Part shown: positions 61,753-64,000 of the stretch, one piece after another | Position numbering within the stretch: position 1 is the stretch's first letter | Layout of the letters: every line of letters begins with the position of its first letter | NCBI GenBank assembly: GCA_965205485.1 | Contig: OZ242180.1 | Coordinates: 3,648,001-3,712,000 of the forward strand | DNA: 64,000 nt | From: Candidatus Latescibacterota bacterium | Lineage (GTDB): Bacteria > Latescibacterota > UBA2968 > GCA-2709665 | Reading direction: 5' to 3' | Position numbers and translations under genes: made by a program | The notes under the pieces: model-generated | Databases searched by the model: none | The model's input: only the letters and a program-made list of their open reading frames with translations | What the model was told of the DNA's origin: nothing

Positions 61753-61781
61753 TTGACATGCGTACCGGTACGCGATACATT
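61753..61781 (+). promoter_or_regulatory. Sigma70 promoter TTGACA-17-TACATT with palindrome gcgtaccggtacgc in the spacer
   Basis: Consensus -35, exact 17-nt spacer, perfect 14-bp palindrome at 61760-61773. Confidence 0.7.
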
Positions 61782-62040
61782 CACTGCGGGGTAACGTTCT
61801 CCCTCAACGCGGCCCCATATGTCCGCGAGAACACGCATATTCCGGGAAATCGTCGCCCGGAAATGCCCTGCACGACCCCCTCCCACGGATAGATCTCTTC
61901 GAATTCACTCCCCCCGGCCCGATCTTTCGGGATTACAACTTGCTGTAAATCTGTCGATTGACGAATTGACCTGGAATTAAGCGAATGCCGTCCGGTACGG
62001 CGTCGAGCGGTGTAACCACAACCAGCGCGGGGTAAACGCC

Positions 62041-63555
62041 ATGGCAATGGAGAAACCGCCTCATCCCGGTCTCAGCATCGTCGAGAACTGGCTCGACCCG
62101 CTCTGCCTCAACGTCACCGACGCCGCGAGGGTGTTGGGCGTGGCCCGTCACACGCTGTCCAGGGTGCTCAACGGACACGCGGGCATCTCCCCCGAAATGG
62201 CGATTCGGTTGGAGAAGGCCGGGTGGTACGACGCCGAGTACTGGTTGCGCCGGCAGACGGCCTACGATCTCCTGAAGGCCCGGGAGCAGGAAGATCGCAT
62301 CGAGGTGGAGCGCTATCAGCCTCAGCCCACGTTGCAGGAAGGACACGGTGTTTACAGGAATACCAACATCGCCGTATTTCTGGGCGCCGGAACGTCAGAA
62401 GCGGCGGGCTATCCTTCCATTCAGGACCTCACCGACCTGGTTGTTTCCGGACGGGGCGTTACCCGGCACGGCGATGGGTGTTTTTATCTGAGCGGTGGAG
62501 AAGAACCGAAAACTGCGGAAGTCAGGTTACCCCTGAGCATGGTGAAGCGACTACAGGAGGAGGCTGAGACGTACCTTTCCACATTCGTCGACCGAAAGGC
62601 CAACTATGAGGATATTTACTTCCTCGCGCGGCAGGCGCTGGATAATGAGTTGGGCGAAACGGAGAATCCGGCGCTTCGCCTGTTTGTGGACAGGCTGAGA
62701 GCCAAATGGCTGTCGCTCACTCACAATGCAATGGAAAGAGGCGAAGCCGCGGTACATACAACCGAACTGTTTGTTCCTGACGACCTGGGCGGCTTATTGT
62801 GGGAAACATGCAACTTCATCGCGGACGTCGTCAGGCGAAGTCTTCTGCGTTACCGGCCCGAACCTGACCGCATCCACCAATTGAATGCCGTCGAACACGC
62901 CTGCAAGGCCTTCAACGTAACCTGTATATCGACGCTTTGTCACGATACCCACGTCGAGGCGTTTTTGAAGGACCGGAACGTTGCGCTCGCCGATGGATTT
63001 TCGGACGGCGAGGATGACATTTCACCCTGGAACGGCGATCTCATATCGGAGGTGAAGATTCCATTCCTGAAGTTGCATGGTTCCGTCGACTGGTACCGCT
63101 ACCGGGACGGAAAGGTCAGACGCATCCCGCCAGACCTGTATCCCCAGCGCATCGAGGTTGACGGCGCCTTTCTGTACGCGGAAGATATCCCGAGGATGCT
63201 GCTGATCGGCACTTTCAACAGGCTTTCGGACTATGGCTCAGGGATCTTTCGCGAACTCAGGCATTGCTTCCGGTCGACCATTGGAAAAGCGAACACAATG
63301 GTCGTCTGTGGCTACGGCTTTGGCGACAGGGGCGTCAATGATGAATTGATCGATTGGCATGCAGGCAGGGAGGGACGCCGGTTCGTGATCGTTCACCCGG
63401 ATCCTGACCATCTCGCCGAAAACGTCCACGCGGCCCTCCGGATACATTGGGAGACCTGGCAGAAAACCGGCGCGGTCTCAATCATCGAAAAGAGATTCGA
63501 AGATATCGAAGCGCCTGAGTTCGTGGAAGCCATTGCGCAAACGGCGAATCATTGA
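62041..63555 (+). CDS. HigA-like HTH fused to a SIR2-family domain
   Basis: [24 protein letters not shown], then [27 protein letters not shown]. Confidence 0.88.
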   Translation: MAMEKPPHPGLSIVENWLDPLCLNVTDAARVLGVARHTLSRVLNGHAGISPEMAIRLEKAGWYDAEYWLRRQTAYDLLKAREQEDRIEVERYQPQPTLQEGHGVYRNTNIAVFLGAGTSEAAGYPSIQDLTDLVVSGRGVTRHGDGCFYLSGGEEPKTAEVRLPLSMVKRLQEEAETYLSTFVDRKANYEDIYFLARQALDNELGETENPALRLFVDRLRAKWLSLTHNAMERGEAAVHTTELFVPDDLGGLLWETCNFIADVVRRSLLRYRPEPDRIHQLNAVEHACKAFNVTCISTLCHDTHVEAFLKDRNVALADGFSDGEDDISPWNGDLISEVKIPFLKLHGSVDWYRYRDGKVRRIPPDLYPQRIEVDGAFLYAEDIPRMLLIGTFNRLSDYGSGIFRELRHCFRSTIGKANTMVVCGYGFGDRGVNDELIDWHAGREGRRFVIVHPDPDHLAENVHAALRIHWETWQKTGAVSIIEKRFEDIEAPEFVEAIAQTANH

Positions 63556-63572
63556 CCGAAAGCAGAGAAGCG

Positions 63573-63617
63573 AAAAGGGAACGGCGCGGTTCTCAAGACC
63601 GCGCCGTTCCTTTTTTT
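63573..63617. terminator. Bidirectional intrinsic terminator
   Basis: ggaacggcgcggt/accgcgccgttcc stem flanked by an A-run and T7. Confidence 0.9.
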
Positions 63618-63668
63618 GGTTCGGGCCACATATCCTCACGGGACCTCAGACCGGATAGTTATCGGATT

Positions 63669-63998
63669 TCAGTGACCGGAAACAACCTGGATAATCGAGG
63701 CGAGGCTGGTTTTCGAGAAGGGATTGGCTTTCTGTTCGGAGTCCTCGTCTTCGGGCGGCAGGATGTCTTCGAGGCTTTTCACCTCAGCCGTCAGGGGCCC
63801 CTGTTCCGGATTCCACGTAAGGGTCGCAGGGATGATTTCCTCGCCCGAGATTTTCACGCCGTACGTCGCGCGCGCTGCCTCTTCGGAGAAACTCACGCCG
63901 CCGCCCGCGGGTCCTGACGCGCCATCGAGCAGCATCAGCTTGCGCGCGTCGTGCCAGTCTCCCGTGCTGAGCCGGTAGATGTAGACCCCGGCGCTAAC
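63669..63998 (-). CDS. 3' end of a protein with an FlgD-Ig/T9SS-sorting-like segment (partial)
   Basis: VSAGVYIYRLSTGDWHDARKLMLLD. Confidence 0.65.
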   Translation of the reverse strand, partial: VSAGVYIYRLSTGDWHDARKLMLLDGASGPAGGGVSFSEEAARATYGVKISGEEIIPATLTWNPEQGPLTAEVKSLEDILPPEDEDSEQKANPFSKTSLASIIQVVSGH

Positions 63999-64000
63999 GC

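Overview
GC-rich bacterial chromosomal window. The gene content (rhaA, heparinase II/III, several ankyrin proteins, an FlgD-like domain, many toxin-antitoxin (TA) modules) suggests a Latescibacterota/Gemmatimonadota-like, possibly host-associated organism; this is inference only. The main accessory feature is a ~15 kb type I restriction-modification island (2.9-17.4 kb). In it, HsdM carries an in-frame C-terminal PIN-toxin domain and is followed by four paralogous small 'FDC' putative antitoxins, two of them preceded by orphan PIN C-terminal relics. The hsdM-hsdS and hsdS-hsdR intervals hold TA modules and an HNH nuclease, separated by short degenerate copies of hsdM, hsdS and hsdR ends, plus a RAYT-like transposase relic and REP-like repeats. 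hsdR is translationally coupled to a vapBC operon and is split by a 1-nt frameshift. Elsewhere: a doc-type TA; an MNT-HEPN pair with an inactivated toxin next to an ABC-ATPase/PD-(D/E)xK gene pair; an imuA-imuB-dnaE2-SRAP cassette with a perfect 22-bp palindromic operator; recG-pfkB-hflKC-peptidase-coaE; and a HigA-SIR2 fusion. Several unrelated genes carry single-base frameshifts, so some breaks and fusions may be assembly errors. No rRNA, tRNA or CRISPR array was recognised. All identities were counted by hand and no database searches were run.
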